Source: Bdellovibrionota bacterium (GTDB taxonomy: Bacteria > Bdellovibrionota_C > UBA2361 > JAAYZI01). From it: a DNA stretch of 64,000 nucleotides. Under the pieces are notes generated by a model. It was not told the origin of the DNA. It was given only the letters and a program-made list of their open reading frames with translations, and searched no databases. The translations under genes were made by a program, and so were the position numbers. Shown here piece after piece: positions 31,618-42,197 of this stretch. The stretch is from assembly GCA_050950765.1 (NCBI GenBank), contig JBMNIF010000001.1, positions 128,001-192,000 of the forward strand. The letters are read 5' to 3'. Each line of letters opens with the position of its first letter. Positions within the stretch are counted from its first letter, which is position 1.

Positions 31618-31667
31618 ATATTAAATTTCTAATAAAATCAGTGTATTATTATGCAATACGACTAACG

Positions 31668-32105
31668 TTAATATGAAGTCGGTTGCCTTTCTTGGTCGCA
31701 ATTTGCAACACATCTTGTGTATTGAGCGACAAGCCCGCCACAATCCTGATAACACTCTCTGTAATCTTCTTCGCAACTATCAAAATCCGGACTTGAACAA
31801 TAGTTACTGGGGCAGTGACAATTCGCTATGCAACGCCAATCCCTGTCTTTTTCATCCCAAACAAGGTGTTTTCTCGCTTCGCAATCTCTCCTAATTCTTT
31901 GAGAGCGGTATTGGCAGGAATCATAAGAGCGTCTCTCTCTAGATCTACACTCTTCCCGTACTAAACGGCACGTCGTTATGCACTGTTTTCCAGAGTCGCT
32001 TCTCGGAGGGGTGTATTCATAGTAGTTGCTATAAATCGGTCCACAAGCAGAGAACAAAAAGGCGCTGCAAATGACGGCGATGATCTGAAAATAGCGTGTC
32101 TTCAT
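31668..32105 (-). CDS. Cysteine-rich lipoprotein
   Basis: Lipobox FSAC; many Cys; YRECYQDCGG. Confidence 0.75.
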   Translation of the reverse strand: MKTRYFQIIAVICSAFLFSACGPIYSNYYEYTPPRSDSGKQCITTCRLVREECRSRERRSYDSCQYRSQRIRRDCEARKHLVWDEKDRDWRCIANCHCPSNYCSSPDFDSCEEDYRECYQDCGGLVAQYTRCVANCDQERQPTSY

Positions 32106-32309
32106 AAGCTCTCTCTCTTATCAAATAAATATAAAATAAAATTGCCTCACTATATAATAAAAATGCTCCTCTGTAACACTAAAAAAACTATACAAGAGAG
32201 GAAAGGGGTTTTTTGTTATAAAAGCATAAATAATGATACTGCCTAACTTATCGAAATGAGGTGAAGCTGTTGATTCTTCTAAATTTTACGAGTATTCTTC
32301 CACGCATTC

Positions 32310-32392
32310 GCCCTGGTGCTGGAACTGGTAGACAGGCATGATTCAGGTTCATGTATCCCTAGGATGTGGGAGTTCGATTCTCCCCCAGGGCA
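32310..32392 (+). tRNA. tRNA-Leu(CAG)
   Basis: GCCCTGG acceptor stem, anticodon arm CATGA-TTCAGGT-TCATG, long variable arm, GTTCGA T-loop. Confidence 0.95.
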
Positions 32393-32730
32393 TTTTAATT
32401 AAATAACGAGGCACAACAGGTGTAGTAATCGTCTTTTTTACTGTTTTCCCCGAAAAAGTACACTTCACAACTCTTTATATCTCTGAACACGATGCTTTTC
32501 CCTATTTTTTGTAGTCATCATAGCCAGTAACTTGTTTTTAGTGTCTATCTTTATCTTTGTATGGGGCGATATTAGTAATGAAAAGCATGGAATATATAGA
32601 TGCAAGTCTAATATTGCAGGGTGTTGTCAGATATGGTTTTGTTTTTAAGGCGCAAGATGAGTGATAAAGTATCCCACTTGATACACCCTTTTTGAATCTT
32701 AAAGAAGTTGGAAAATAAACGGTTTTAGAT

Positions 32731-34755
32731 ATGACATCTTTTAGAGAACAACACCAAGCACTAAGACAGGACTTTAATCTCATTAGTCAATTTAAACCTT
32801 GTGGCGATCAGCCGAAAGCTATTGCGGGATTAAATGAATACCTTTCAGCAGGAAATAAATTTCAAACGCTCTTAGGTGTGACAGGTTCTGGAAAAACTTT
32901 TACTATCGGTAATGTCATAGCAGAACAGAAGAAACCCGCTTTGGTAATAGCGCCTAATAAAACATTAGCAGCACAACTTTATAGTGAATTCAGAGAGCTT
33001 TTCCCTAATAATAATGTACGTTATTTCGTTAGTTATTATGACTATTATCAACCTGAAGCTTACGTCCCATCAACGGATACGTATATTGAAAAAGATGCTG
33101 CTGTAAATGAAGAGATTGATAAGCTGCGGCACAGTGCTACTCGTGCCATCTTGGAATATACAGATACGATAGTAGTTTCCAGCGTAAGCTGCATTTACGG
33201 TTTAGGTGATCCGGAAGATTATTTCAATATGATGCTCTTCTTAGAGGTTGGAGATAAGATAGCGCGCGAAGATATCCTAAAGCAGTTAATCTATATGCAA
33301 TATAGCCGTGGCGATGCTGAGTTTGAGCGTGGCAATTTTCGAGTAAGGGGGGAGAGTATCGATATCTTGCCGAGTGACCAAGATGATCGTGCTTTGAGGA
33401 TTATCTATTTTGGCGATGAGATTGAAGAGATTAGAGAGATCGATGCGATAACAGGGGTAACTATTAGAAAGTTGGAGCGTTGCGCTATCTATCCCGTTAG
33501 TCATTTTGTGACCGATACTGAGCAAATAGAGATCGCTATAAAATCAATCCGTAAAGAATTAAAGGAGTGGCTACCTGTTTTGCGAAAAGGTGGGAAAAAC
33601 TTTGAAGCTGATAGACTTGAACAACGCACCTTATATGATTTGGAGCTACTTTCAGAGATCGGTTTTTGTTCAGGTATAGAAAATTATAGTCGGCATCTTA
33701 CTAATCGAGAGGCTGGAGAGCCGCCAACAACACTACTTGATTATTTTTCCGAAGATTTTCTGTTGTTTATTGATGAGTCACACGTAACGGTTCCGCAACT
33801 AGGTGGGATGTATCGAGGAGATCAGGCAAGAAAAAAAACTTTAGTTGATTACGGATTCCGTTTACCCTCTGCGCTGGATAATCGTCCTCTTAACCTTGAT
33901 GAGTTTTGGGAAAGGGTTAAGCAGGTGGTGTTTGTTTCCGCAACACCAGGTGATTTTGAAATCGCTTCAAGTCAAGGCAGAATTGTAGAGCAGGTTAATA
34001 GACCAACAGGTTTGTTGGATCCGAAAGTAATAGTAAAGCCTGCTATGAATCAAGTTGATGACCTTGTAGAGGAGATTAAAACTACCATAGCTCAAGATGA
34101 AAGAGTCTTGGTTACAACTCTAACAAAGAAGATGGCGGAAAATTTATCTGTTTATCTGCGTGAAGTTGGGATTAAATGTCGCTATCTGCACTCTGATATA
34201 CATACCTTAGAAAGGGTTGAGATCTTGCATGGTTTAAGAAAAGGGGACTTCGATGTTTTAATCGGTATCAATCTCTTACGAGAGGGCTTGGATTTAGTAG
34301 AGGTTAGTTTGGTAGCTATCCTTGATGCTGATAAAGAGGGGTTTTTGCGATCTACGCGATCCTTGATTCAGACGATGGGACGTGCTGCCAGAAATGTTAA
34401 CGGTAGGGTGATAATGTATGCCGATACTGTGACACGTTCTATGAAAGAGGCGATTGATGAATCAGAGAGAAGACGCCAGATTCAAGGTGAATTTAATAAA
34501 CAGCACGGGATCGTTCCGCGCTCCGCTGAGAAAGCGTTAAGTGCACCGATCATACCGATTGAAAACGATATCGATATGCTGGAGATAGCTGTTGGTGGTA
34601 GAGCCTATACTATCCCTGTGGATCAAAAAGAGCAGCAGATGCTTATAGAAAAATTTAAAAAAGAGATGTTTGCAATGGCTGCTAAAAAAGAGTTTGAACA
34701 GGCGGCACAACTGCGTGATGCAATAAAAAAGTTGTCAGCCATCAATTTACAGTAA
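32731..34755 (+). CDS. uvrB: Excinuclease ABC subunit B
   Basis: GVTGSGKT, YYDYYQPEAY, DESH, C-terminal UVR. Confidence 0.98.
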   Translation: MTSFREQHQALRQDFNLISQFKPCGDQPKAIAGLNEYLSAGNKFQTLLGVTGSGKTFTIGNVIAEQKKPALVIAPNKTLAAQLYSEFRELFPNNNVRYFVSYYDYYQPEAYVPSTDTYIEKDAAVNEEIDKLRHSATRAILEYTDTIVVSSVSCIYGLGDPEDYFNMMLFLEVGDKIAREDILKQLIYMQYSRGDAEFERGNFRVRGESIDILPSDQDDRALRIIYFGDEIEEIREIDAITGVTIRKLERCAIYPVSHFVTDTEQIEIAIKSIRKELKEWLPVLRKGGKNFEADRLEQRTLYDLELLSEIGFCSGIENYSRHLTNREAGEPPTTLLDYFSEDFLLFIDESHVTVPQLGGMYRGDQARKKTLVDYGFRLPSALDNRPLNLDEFWERVKQVVFVSATPGDFEIASSQGRIVEQVNRPTGLLDPKVIVKPAMNQVDDLVEEIKTTIAQDERVLVTTLTKKMAENLSVYLREVGIKCRYLHSDIHTLERVEILHGLRKGDFDVLIGINLLREGLDLVEVSLVAILDADKEGFLRSTRSLIQTMGRAARNVNGRVIMYADTVTRSMKEAIDESERRRQIQGEFNKQHGIVPRSAEKALSAPIIPIENDIDMLEIAVGGRAYTIPVDQKEQQMLIEKFKKEMFAMAAKKEFEQAAQLRDAIKKLSAINLQ

Positions 34756-34768
34756 ATAATTACACCGT

Positions 34769-36664
34769 ATGAGAGATAAAGAAGCGGCAAAAGAAGCTCA
34801 AGCGCCTGTAAGTCAACAGAAGCTTGATGAGTTAAAGGAAAGTTGGAAGACTTTTTCTTCTCATCCAGGTGTTTATCTGATGCGCGATAGGCATGAGAAG
34901 GTGATTTATGTCGGGAAAGCAAAGAATTTAAAAAATCGCCTAGCAAGCTATCTACGAGGTGGAGACGGCAGGCAACAGATCCCCTTTTTAATGCGTCGGG
35001 TAAATAAAATTGAAACGATAGTGACTGACAATGAGCAGCAAGCTTATGTTTTGGAACGTGATCTGATTGCTAAGTATCATCCCCGTTATAATGTAAAGCT
35101 TAAAGATGATAAATCTTTTTTGAGTATTCGGATTGATGAAAATCAAGCGTGGCCTCGATTAGAATTGGTAAGAAGAGTTGAAGGTGATGGAGCACGTTAT
35201 TTTGGTCCTTATAGCTTCTCTTATGAGTTAAGAGCGCTTCTAGAGATGATAAATAAAGCTATCCCGTTACGAAGTTGCAATAATACGATTTTTTATAATA
35301 GACAACGACCATGTCTTGAGTATCAGATAAAAAGGTGTGCGGGTCCGTGTTGTTTGGATGTTGATAGAAAACAGTATGCGTTATGGGTAAAGGAGGCCAT
35401 CGCCATTCTTGAAGGCAGGACGGCGGATTTAGAAAAGGATCTGACAAAGCAGATGGAAAAAGCGTCCGAAGATCTTCGTTTTGAAGATGCAGCTGCTATT
35501 AGAGATCGTATAGAGATAATAAAGAACTTTAAACAGGGAGGAACGTATATCTCAGCGGGTGCTGAAGATAGGGATGTTTTTGCACTTTATCGAGAGGAGC
35601 GTTTGGCTGTAATTTCCTTAATGAAAGTTAGAAACGGACGGATCTCCGATAATAATAATTATACCTTTTCTAATGTCGAGATCGCTGATGATGAAGTTTT
35701 GGAAGCGGTTATTTCGCAATATTATGATGGAGAACGTGATCTAGCGCCGGAAATAGTTTTACCGTTTGAACTTGATAATATCTCTCTTTTAAGAGAAGGC
35801 ATTGCTACTCGTTATGAGGTAGCGCCGACGTTTACTATCCCTAAGATTGGGTTAAAAAAACGTTTGTTGGGGCTAGCTGCTCTTAACGCCAGACAACATT
35901 ATATCTCTGTTTTTGATGCTGATAGCCGTTATAAAGAAGCTGCTACGGCACTTGCTAAGATCTTAAAATTGAGTCAGATCCCGAGAAGGATTGAGTGCGT
36001 CGATATCTCAAATTTACAAGCTTCTGATATCGTAGGTGGAATCGTTTCATTTTATGATGGTGTGCCTGATAAGAAAAATTACAAAAAATATATAATAACA
36101 AAACAGGACAAGCCTGATGATTTTGGTTCTATCTATGAGGTGATAACTCGTAGATTAAAACACGCTATGGAAGATGATGAAGATCAAGTTCCTGATCTGT
36201 TTTTGATTGATGGAGGACGTGGGCAGCTGGGTGCAGCCTTAGCAGCGCGTGACGATTTAGGAGTAACTTGCGAGATAGCTTCTTTAGCTAAGATTAGAGC
36301 AACGAAAGGTAAAAAGCTTAATTCAGAAGATCGCCTAAAGCCTGAAAGAATTTTTAGAGAAGGAGTAGAGGAAGCGATCCCGCTAGATCCGTCGGCGGAC
36401 TCGACCTTACTTGTGACGCGTATTAGAGATGAAGCACACCGCCACGTGATACAATTTCACCGTTCCAGACGATCTAAACGAGTTTTCTCATCTGTATTGG
36501 ATGACATTCCAGGAATAGGTTCTAAAAGAAAAACTGCTTTAATAGCTGCCTTTGGAGGTGTAAACGGGATGAAGCAAGCTTCCATAGATGAACTAATGGA
36601 GAAGGGACACTTGCCAAAAGTTTTGGCAGAAAAGCTTATGCAAAAGTTGCATAATTTGCAGTGA
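34769..36664 (+). CDS. uvrC: Excinuclease ABC subunit C
   Basis: GVY..YVGKAKNL GIY-YIG, UVR, IDGGRGQ, RIRDEAH, HhH. Confidence 0.97.
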   Translation: MRDKEAAKEAQAPVSQQKLDELKESWKTFSSHPGVYLMRDRHEKVIYVGKAKNLKNRLASYLRGGDGRQQIPFLMRRVNKIETIVTDNEQQAYVLERDLIAKYHPRYNVKLKDDKSFLSIRIDENQAWPRLELVRRVEGDGARYFGPYSFSYELRALLEMINKAIPLRSCNNTIFYNRQRPCLEYQIKRCAGPCCLDVDRKQYALWVKEAIAILEGRTADLEKDLTKQMEKASEDLRFEDAAAIRDRIEIIKNFKQGGTYISAGAEDRDVFALYREERLAVISLMKVRNGRISDNNNYTFSNVEIADDEVLEAVISQYYDGERDLAPEIVLPFELDNISLLREGIATRYEVAPTFTIPKIGLKKRLLGLAALNARQHYISVFDADSRYKEAATALAKILKLSQIPRRIECVDISNLQASDIVGGIVSFYDGVPDKKNYKKYIITKQDKPDDFGSIYEVITRRLKHAMEDDEDQVPDLFLIDGGRGQLGAALAARDDLGVTCEIASLAKIRATKGKKLNSEDRLKPERIFREGVEEAIPLDPSADSTLLVTRIRDEAHRHVIQFHRSRRSKRVFSSVLDDIPGIGSKRKTALIAAFGGVNGMKQASIDELMEKGHLPKVLAEKLMQKLHNLQ

Positions 36665-36702
36665 TCACTAAAGGTTTGGCGCTTCTTTTTTTTCGGTACT
36701 AT

Positions 36703-37878
36703 TTAGTTGTTTTTATAGTATTTAGGGAAAATAGCTCTACAACTTAAACCGACTAATAATAATACTAAAGGATAAAAGACAGTGTATTGTTGATCTAGTT
36801 TGTAAACATGAGAAATGATGATCGCTGTTGTTATAAGTGGAAGAAAGAGCAGGATCTGAGATATGAGGATAGAGCCTTTTTGGTAGAGGTCTTGTGATAG
36901 ATTAAAAAATACGAATAGAGTCGGAAGTAGTAACATCTGATCATAAGTCCAGCCGTATGGACTTGATAAAATAGAGAGTGGAAGGATTATTGATAGAAGA
37001 GTTAGTTTTGAAAAGCGTCTGTTAAAAATAAAAAAGCTTAACACGGTGATTATTATACAGAGTAGTGAGGGTAGAAATCTTAAGTTGTTGTTATGGATAT
37101 TTAAAAAATATTGTAACCAAGCTCCTAGTGTTGGAGTATGAAAGTTAAGTGGTGGTGTTTGCATTGCTTCAAGATATAGAGAGAAGATATGCGGTTGATA
37201 AATTAAGGCAGGGATCGATAAAAGTAGGCTCCCTACAAAAGCTCCTCCGAGTAATTTAAGGCTATCTTTTTTAAGATTAAGGATTAGAGCAAGGTAAAAT
37301 AGATATAAGATGTGAGGTTTAAAAAAAGTTAATGATAAAAAAAGACCGGCTATGAAGAGCTGATCTTTTTTTATGTAGTACAAAGAAGTTAAAAAGCCGA
37401 TCAGTAATAAAGGGCTGCACTGTCCAGGGTATAGTGAGATTAAGAACGGTTGAAAGAGTGTCAAAGTTATTAAGATTACATAACGAGTATATCTGGATCT
37501 GATCGGATTTTTTGAAACGACTTTTTGTGCTAAGAAGCATGATGAGATTATTAAGAGGATTGAAAGAGCGATCCAAATTCGGTACGAAATTCTGTAATTT
37601 GGTATGCTTGCTACAAGGGCAAAGCTAAGTGCTGGTGGTGGATTATACATCATAATCGGTAGGGGGATCTCTTCTCCGTGCCAAGTCTCTTTTTGCAAAG
37701 ACAACTGTTCGTTTGGGTCATATGGATTTTGTCCTGACCTGAGTAAACGACCTGCGGACCAATATTGCATAAAGTCATCACCACTGCGGCGTTCCACTTC
37801 CGGAATAAAGAGAGCGCAGAGAATCGCTAACGCTAGAGAGGAAAAAATTAAAAAAATGGTGTTATTCGATATTTTCAT
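36703..37878 (-). CDS. GT87/DUF2029-like membrane glycosyltransferase
   Basis: DF.QYWSAG..L..G.NPYD, YNPP, GQ, KPH, PYGW.YD. Confidence 0.8.
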   Translation of the reverse strand: MKISNNTIFLIFSSLALAILCALFIPEVERRSGDDFMQYWSAGRLLRSGQNPYDPNEQLSLQKETWHGEEIPLPIMMYNPPPALSFALVASIPNYRISYRIWIALSILLIISSCFLAQKVVSKNPIRSRYTRYVILITLTLFQPFLISLYPGQCSPLLLIGFLTSLYYIKKDQLFIAGLFLSLTFFKPHILYLFYLALILNLKKDSLKLLGGAFVGSLLLSIPALIYQPHIFSLYLEAMQTPPLNFHTPTLGAWLQYFLNIHNNNLRFLPSLLCIIITVLSFFIFNRRFSKLTLLSIILPLSILSSPYGWTYDQMLLLPTLFVFFNLSQDLYQKGSILISQILLFLPLITTAIIISHVYKLDQQYTVFYPLVLLLVGLSCRAIFPKYYKNN

Positions 37879-39031
37879 ATAGTAAACGGTTTTTATCTTT
37901 TAATCTTAAGAAAAGCACTGAGAAAAATAATACGACAAGTGGCTGAAAAATAAAGTAGTGATCCTGCAAAGTCTTTGAAAGTATGATGGAAGCAATATTT
38001 AAAGTTATTAATGTAATCAATGTTGCGAGGACTGTTCTCTTATAAAGGTTATGTTTATAAAGAATAAGCATGTTGTGGAATAGAAGCATTAGACTTGGAA
38101 CTAATAAGACCTGATCGGATCCCCAGCCGTATGGGGCTGTTAATAAAGAAAGGGGTATGATGGATGAGATCAGGGATTTCGGAAGTTTTTTCTGTTTTAA
38201 AGTAATGCCGCTGATAAGTATTAGAGTAATGAGAGCTGGTAGAAATGGTGTGGCGGAATAGCGGTTATCGCTAAAAATTTGCAGCCAAGAGCTGATGGTT
38301 GGAGTTATCCATTTTGTTGATGGTGGTGTAGAGATAACTTTTAGATAGATCTGAAAAATATCAGGTTTAAAGTAAAGGGGTATGGCTATGAGGAGTAGTA
38401 TACCTACGACAGCGCCAGCTATAATTTTAGAGAGGTTTTTGCGAAAATTGAGTAGCCACAACGGATAATAGAGGTAGAGTAGGTGTGGTTTTAAGGTGGT
38501 TAATGTTAGGAATAGTGAAGAGAGAAAAAATTTATTACTGTGTTGAAAAAAGATTGATAATGAAAGCCCTAGTAGTAAAAGTGGGCTAATCTGCCCCGCG
38601 ACGATGGAGGTTATAAATGGTCGAAAAGTGCAGAAGAATGTAAAAACGGCTAGTCGCAAAATAGGGGAGTGTAAGGAAAGGGGAAAGACACAGTTTAGTA
38701 GCGATAACGATATTAAAATAATAAAGATTGTAACAACGATCCAAGCGTAGTATGCGTGATCAAAAGTTGGTATTCCAAAAAAATAGGAATAGGTAAGGGC
38801 TGTTGGAGGATTCCAAATTTTAATCGGACGAGGGATCTCTTCTCCGTGCCAAGTAGCGTCTTGGATTCTTATTTGTTCTGTTGAGTCGTAAGGATTCTTA
38901 CGTTCTGCAAGGAGTCGTCCAGCTGTCCAGTACTGTAAAAAATCGTATCCGCCCCTTCCATTTAGGTTGTTGAATAAGAGCAGACCTATAAGTAGAGAGA
39001 TGCTGAAAAAGAAGAATAGTTGCTTTAACAT
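37862..39031 (-). CDS. GT87/DUF2029-like membrane glycosyltransferase (tandem paralogue)
   Basis: DFLQYWTAG..NPYD, WNPP, GQ, KPH, PYGW. Confidence 0.8.
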   Translation of the reverse strand: MLKQLFFFFSISLLIGLLLFNNLNGRGGYDFLQYWTAGRLLAERKNPYDSTEQIRIQDATWHGEEIPRPIKIWNPPTALTYSYFFGIPTFDHAYYAWIVVTIFIILISLSLLNCVFPLSLHSPILRLAVFTFFCTFRPFITSIVAGQISPLLLLGLSLSIFFQHSNKFFLSSLFLTLTTLKPHLLYLYYPLWLLNFRKNLSKIIAGAVVGILLLIAIPLYFKPDIFQIYLKVISTPPSTKWITPTISSWLQIFSDNRYSATPFLPALITLILISGITLKQKKLPKSLISSIIPLSLLTAPYGWGSDQVLLVPSLMLLFHNMLILYKHNLYKRTVLATLITLITLNIASIILSKTLQDHYFIFQPLVVLFFSVLFLRLKDKNRLLYENIE

Positions 39032-39236
39032 ATTGATTGCTTTTTGTTTTTTAGGTGTGACTGAAGATCAGTATTGCTGTACTTGAAAAATGAGGCAATA
39101 TGAAGTTTTGCTTAAGGTGCTTGATGGCGGTGTTATGAATTGTTTTTAGAGAGATGTGTTTTTAGTGGGGTTCCGTTTTTGTACTTTTATGTGATTTTAT
39201 GGTATAGGACGAGCGGTTCTGTGGAGATAAAATAAT

Positions 39237-40217
39237 ATGATTAACCATCCGTTGGAATTCGAAAAGCCGTTAGTGGAGTTGGAGATTGAACTCCAAAAAC
39301 TAAAAGATGAAATCGCTGCCGGAGATCTTAATAAGCAGTCTGAGTACGCTAGATTGGAAAAGCGGGTAGCGAAGATGATGACGGAAGTCTATGGACGACT
39401 TACTCCGTATCAAAAGGTGCAACTTTCTAGGCATTTGGATAGACCGTTCTCTCTCGATTATATTAAATTAATTTTCACAGATTTTATGGAGTTTCACGGT
39501 GATAGGCTTTTTCGGGACGATCCTGCTATCGTTGGGGGAACTGCTAAATTGCAGGGGCAGCCTATAATGATCGTGGGGCATCAACGTGGCAGGACAACGG
39601 CAGAAAGGCTACATAGAAACTTTGGGATGCCTCAACCTGAAGGTTATAGAAAAGCTTTAAGGCTGTTTGAGATGGCGGCGAAATTTGGACTTCCGTTAAT
39701 TACGTTTATTGATACTGCTGGTGCTTTTCCAGGCATTGAGGCGGAAGAAAGGGGGCAGGCGGAGGCTATTGCGCGCAATTTGCGGGTTTTATCTGAATTG
39801 CCGACTCCTGTTTTGGCTGTTGTAATTGGAGAAGGGGGGAGTGGCGGAGCTTTAGCACTAGGAGTTGCTGATAAAGTTTTAATGATGGAGAACTCCTGCT
39901 ACTCCGTAATTAGTCCAGAAGGTTGTGCTTCGATTTTGTGGAAAGTCCCTGAAGAAGAGGCTGCTCAATATGTACCTGTTGCTGCGGAAGCCTTGAAAAT
40001 TACTGCTAAGGACTTGAAGCAGGCTGGAATTATAGATGTGATTGTTCCGGAGCCTTTGGGTGGTGCACATAGAAATCATAAAGAGGCGGCGGAGTCGCTG
40101 GAAGCGGCTTTGGTGCGAGAGTTAAAAGAGGTTGAGGCGTTGCCACTCTCTGAGATGCTTGATTTAAGGTATAAAAAGTTTAGATCCATAGGAGTTTTTA
40201 CAGGGGATCGGGCATAA
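39237..40217 (+). CDS. accA: Acetyl-CoA carboxylase carboxyltransferase alpha
   Basis: LEFEKP, NFGMPQPEGYRKA, GEGGSGGALA. Confidence 0.98.
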   Translation: MINHPLEFEKPLVELEIELQKLKDEIAAGDLNKQSEYARLEKRVAKMMTEVYGRLTPYQKVQLSRHLDRPFSLDYIKLIFTDFMEFHGDRLFRDDPAIVGGTAKLQGQPIMIVGHQRGRTTAERLHRNFGMPQPEGYRKALRLFEMAAKFGLPLITFIDTAGAFPGIEAEERGQAEAIARNLRVLSELPTPVLAVVIGEGGSGGALALGVADKVLMMENSCYSVISPEGCASILWKVPEEEAAQYVPVAAEALKITAKDLKQAGIIDVIVPEPLGGAHRNHKEAAESLEAALVRELKEVEALPLSEMLDLRYKKFRSIGVFTGDRA

Positions 40218-40266
40218 GAGAGTGTATTGCTTAGGTGTTTTGTCTTGATTTTTAGGAGTTTGCTGT

Positions 40267-40512
40267 ATGTCTAGTAAAGATGCAATTGAAATGAATGGGG
40301 TGGTGAAAGAGTGCTTCCCTAATACGACTTTTAAGGTTGTATGTGATAACGGTCACGAATTATTAGCTTATTTGGCTGGAAAGATGAGACGATTTTATAT
40401 CCGTGTTCTACCAGGCGACCATGTCTTGGTGGAGATCTCTCCTTATGACCTTACAAAAGGTAGAATTGTCAAAAGATTAAAGGAAGCTAAGCCGCCGGAG
40501 AGTGCATCATAA
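40267..40512 (+). CDS. infA: Translation initiation factor IF-1
   Basis: [29 protein letters not shown]. Confidence 0.97.
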   Translation: MSSKDAIEMNGVVKECFPNTTFKVVCDNGHELLAYLAGKMRRFYIRVLPGDHVLVEISPYDLTKGRIVKRLKEAKPPESAS

Positions 40513-40517
40513 GACGC

Positions 40518-42176
40518 ATGCAGAATGAGCAGCAACACTTGGATTTTATAGGAAAATATAAGGTCGTCAGTACTCTCGGAGGTGGATCGACGGGGGGTGT
40601 GTATAAGGCGATTGATCCTGAGGTCGGACGAGTTGTTGCTATAAAAACATTACCTAAAGTTGAGGCAGAGTCAGCAGATAAAGTTAGTGCTATTTTGGAG
40701 CGTTTTAGACTTGAGGTGTGTTCTGCTGAAAGCTTGAGGCATCCCAATATCGTTCCTGTTTTTGATGTTAATCTTCAAGATGGTGTGCCTTATATTGTTA
40801 TGGATTACATTGAGGGTGAAAGCCTTGATGTAATCATCTCGAAGTATAAGCAGTTACGTCCTGAAGTAGTTCTCTATTATATGAAACAGGTAGCCGCTGG
40901 TCTTGATGCTGCCCATAAAAAAGGTCTCATTCATGGGGCTATTAAACCAACTAATGTTATTGTTGATCTTAATGATACCTGTTATTTGGCTGGTTTCGGT
41001 GTGTCCTCTTTTTCAAAAAAAGTATCGGGGCAATTCGATGAGTATGGTGCCATTGTTGGTACTGTTGGATATATGTCGCCTGAACAGATTATTAATAAAG
41101 ACCCGAGTGAGAAATCAGATCTGTTTAGTTTAGCTGTTATTGCTTTCGAGTGTTTTACAGGGGGGAAGCCTTTTTCAGGAAGTGATTTTACAGATACCCT
41201 TAGGAATATTCTTAATGCGGAGCCTGTTGCTTTGACTTCGTTGGTTGACTTGCCGCTATCATTAGAGGCTGAATTTGAAAGAGCTTTAGCTAAAGATCCT
41301 GCTTTTAGGTTTGAAAGTGCTGAAGAGATGGTATTAAGCTTTGCGCGTGCTCTTGGAATATCACGTATTGATAAGCCTATAATATCTGAAGCGGTGGGCA
41401 GTGAACGTGGAATAGTTATTGATAGTGGGGATCTTGCGGAGGATTTTACGGGAGATCTTACGGAAGATAGAGAAGTTACTCCATTCGGAGATTTTAGCCG
41501 AACGTTCAATCAAAATGTTGAGGTTGTAAAAGGAGTTAATAAAAAAATTTTTATAAGTATCGTTCTTGTCGTAATATCTTTGTGTGGTGGATTAGTTTAT
41601 TATTTTTTGGGAAAAACTGGTGACGCTTTTGTTATTTCCGATTCGGGAAATGCAGAGGGATTGAATGCCAAGAATAATAAAGGGGAAGGTGTTAGCCCTT
41701 CTATTGGGACCAAGATTTTTTCTGATGAAGAGTCACTCAAGGTGGTCTCTACTTCGGGAGTTGGAAAAGATCTTACTTCAATGACTGACAAGGAGTTGTT
41801 GGGGGTTCTTACTAATGCACAGAGTAATGAAAAAGAGTTGTTGAATGGACTTAGTGAAGTGAGGAGGCGACGACTCCCTGATTTTATAACTATTGCGAGT
41901 AGTTTGTTACACCATGACCATCATTTAGTTAGGTCTAATACATTAAAAGTTTTGCGTGATCTTGGAGATAAGAGTTGTGTTCCTGTGGTGATTGAGATGT
42001 TAGGTGATAGAGATCCGATTGTGCGTGGAACTGCAGCGAATACATTAGGTGCACTTGGAAGTAAAAAAGCGTTGGCGTATCTTGTGGCAAATTATAAAAG
42101 CGAGGAAGTTTTAGAGGTAAAAATAGCTATGAAACGAGCTATTGAAAAGATTAATGGGTATCCGTTAGTAGAATAA
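40518..42176 (+). CDS. Ser/Thr kinase-fold protein (probable pseudokinase) with a TM helix and C-terminal HEAT repeats
   Basis: LGGGSTGGVY, VAIK, HPNIV, YMSPEQ present; HRD replaced by HGA and DFG by GFG. Confidence 0.85.
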   Translation: MQNEQQHLDFIGKYKVVSTLGGGSTGGVYKAIDPEVGRVVAIKTLPKVEAESADKVSAILERFRLEVCSAESLRHPNIVPVFDVNLQDGVPYIVMDYIEGESLDVIISKYKQLRPEVVLYYMKQVAAGLDAAHKKGLIHGAIKPTNVIVDLNDTCYLAGFGVSSFSKKVSGQFDEYGAIVGTVGYMSPEQIINKDPSEKSDLFSLAVIAFECFTGGKPFSGSDFTDTLRNILNAEPVALTSLVDLPLSLEAEFERALAKDPAFRFESAEEMVLSFARALGISRIDKPIISEAVGSERGIVIDSGDLAEDFTGDLTEDREVTPFGDFSRTFNQNVEVVKGVNKKIFISIVLVVISLCGGLVYYFLGKTGDAFVISDSGNAEGLNAKNNKGEGVSPSIGTKIFSDEESLKVVSTSGVGKDLTSMTDKELLGVLTNAQSNEKELLNGLSEVRRRRLPDFITIASSLLHHDHHLVRSNTLKVLRDLGDKSCVPVVIEMLGDRDPIVRGTAANTLGALGSKKALAYLVANYKSEEVLEVKIAMKRAIEKINGYPLVE

Positions 42177-42197
42177 TTGTTATGCTTGGGGATTAAA

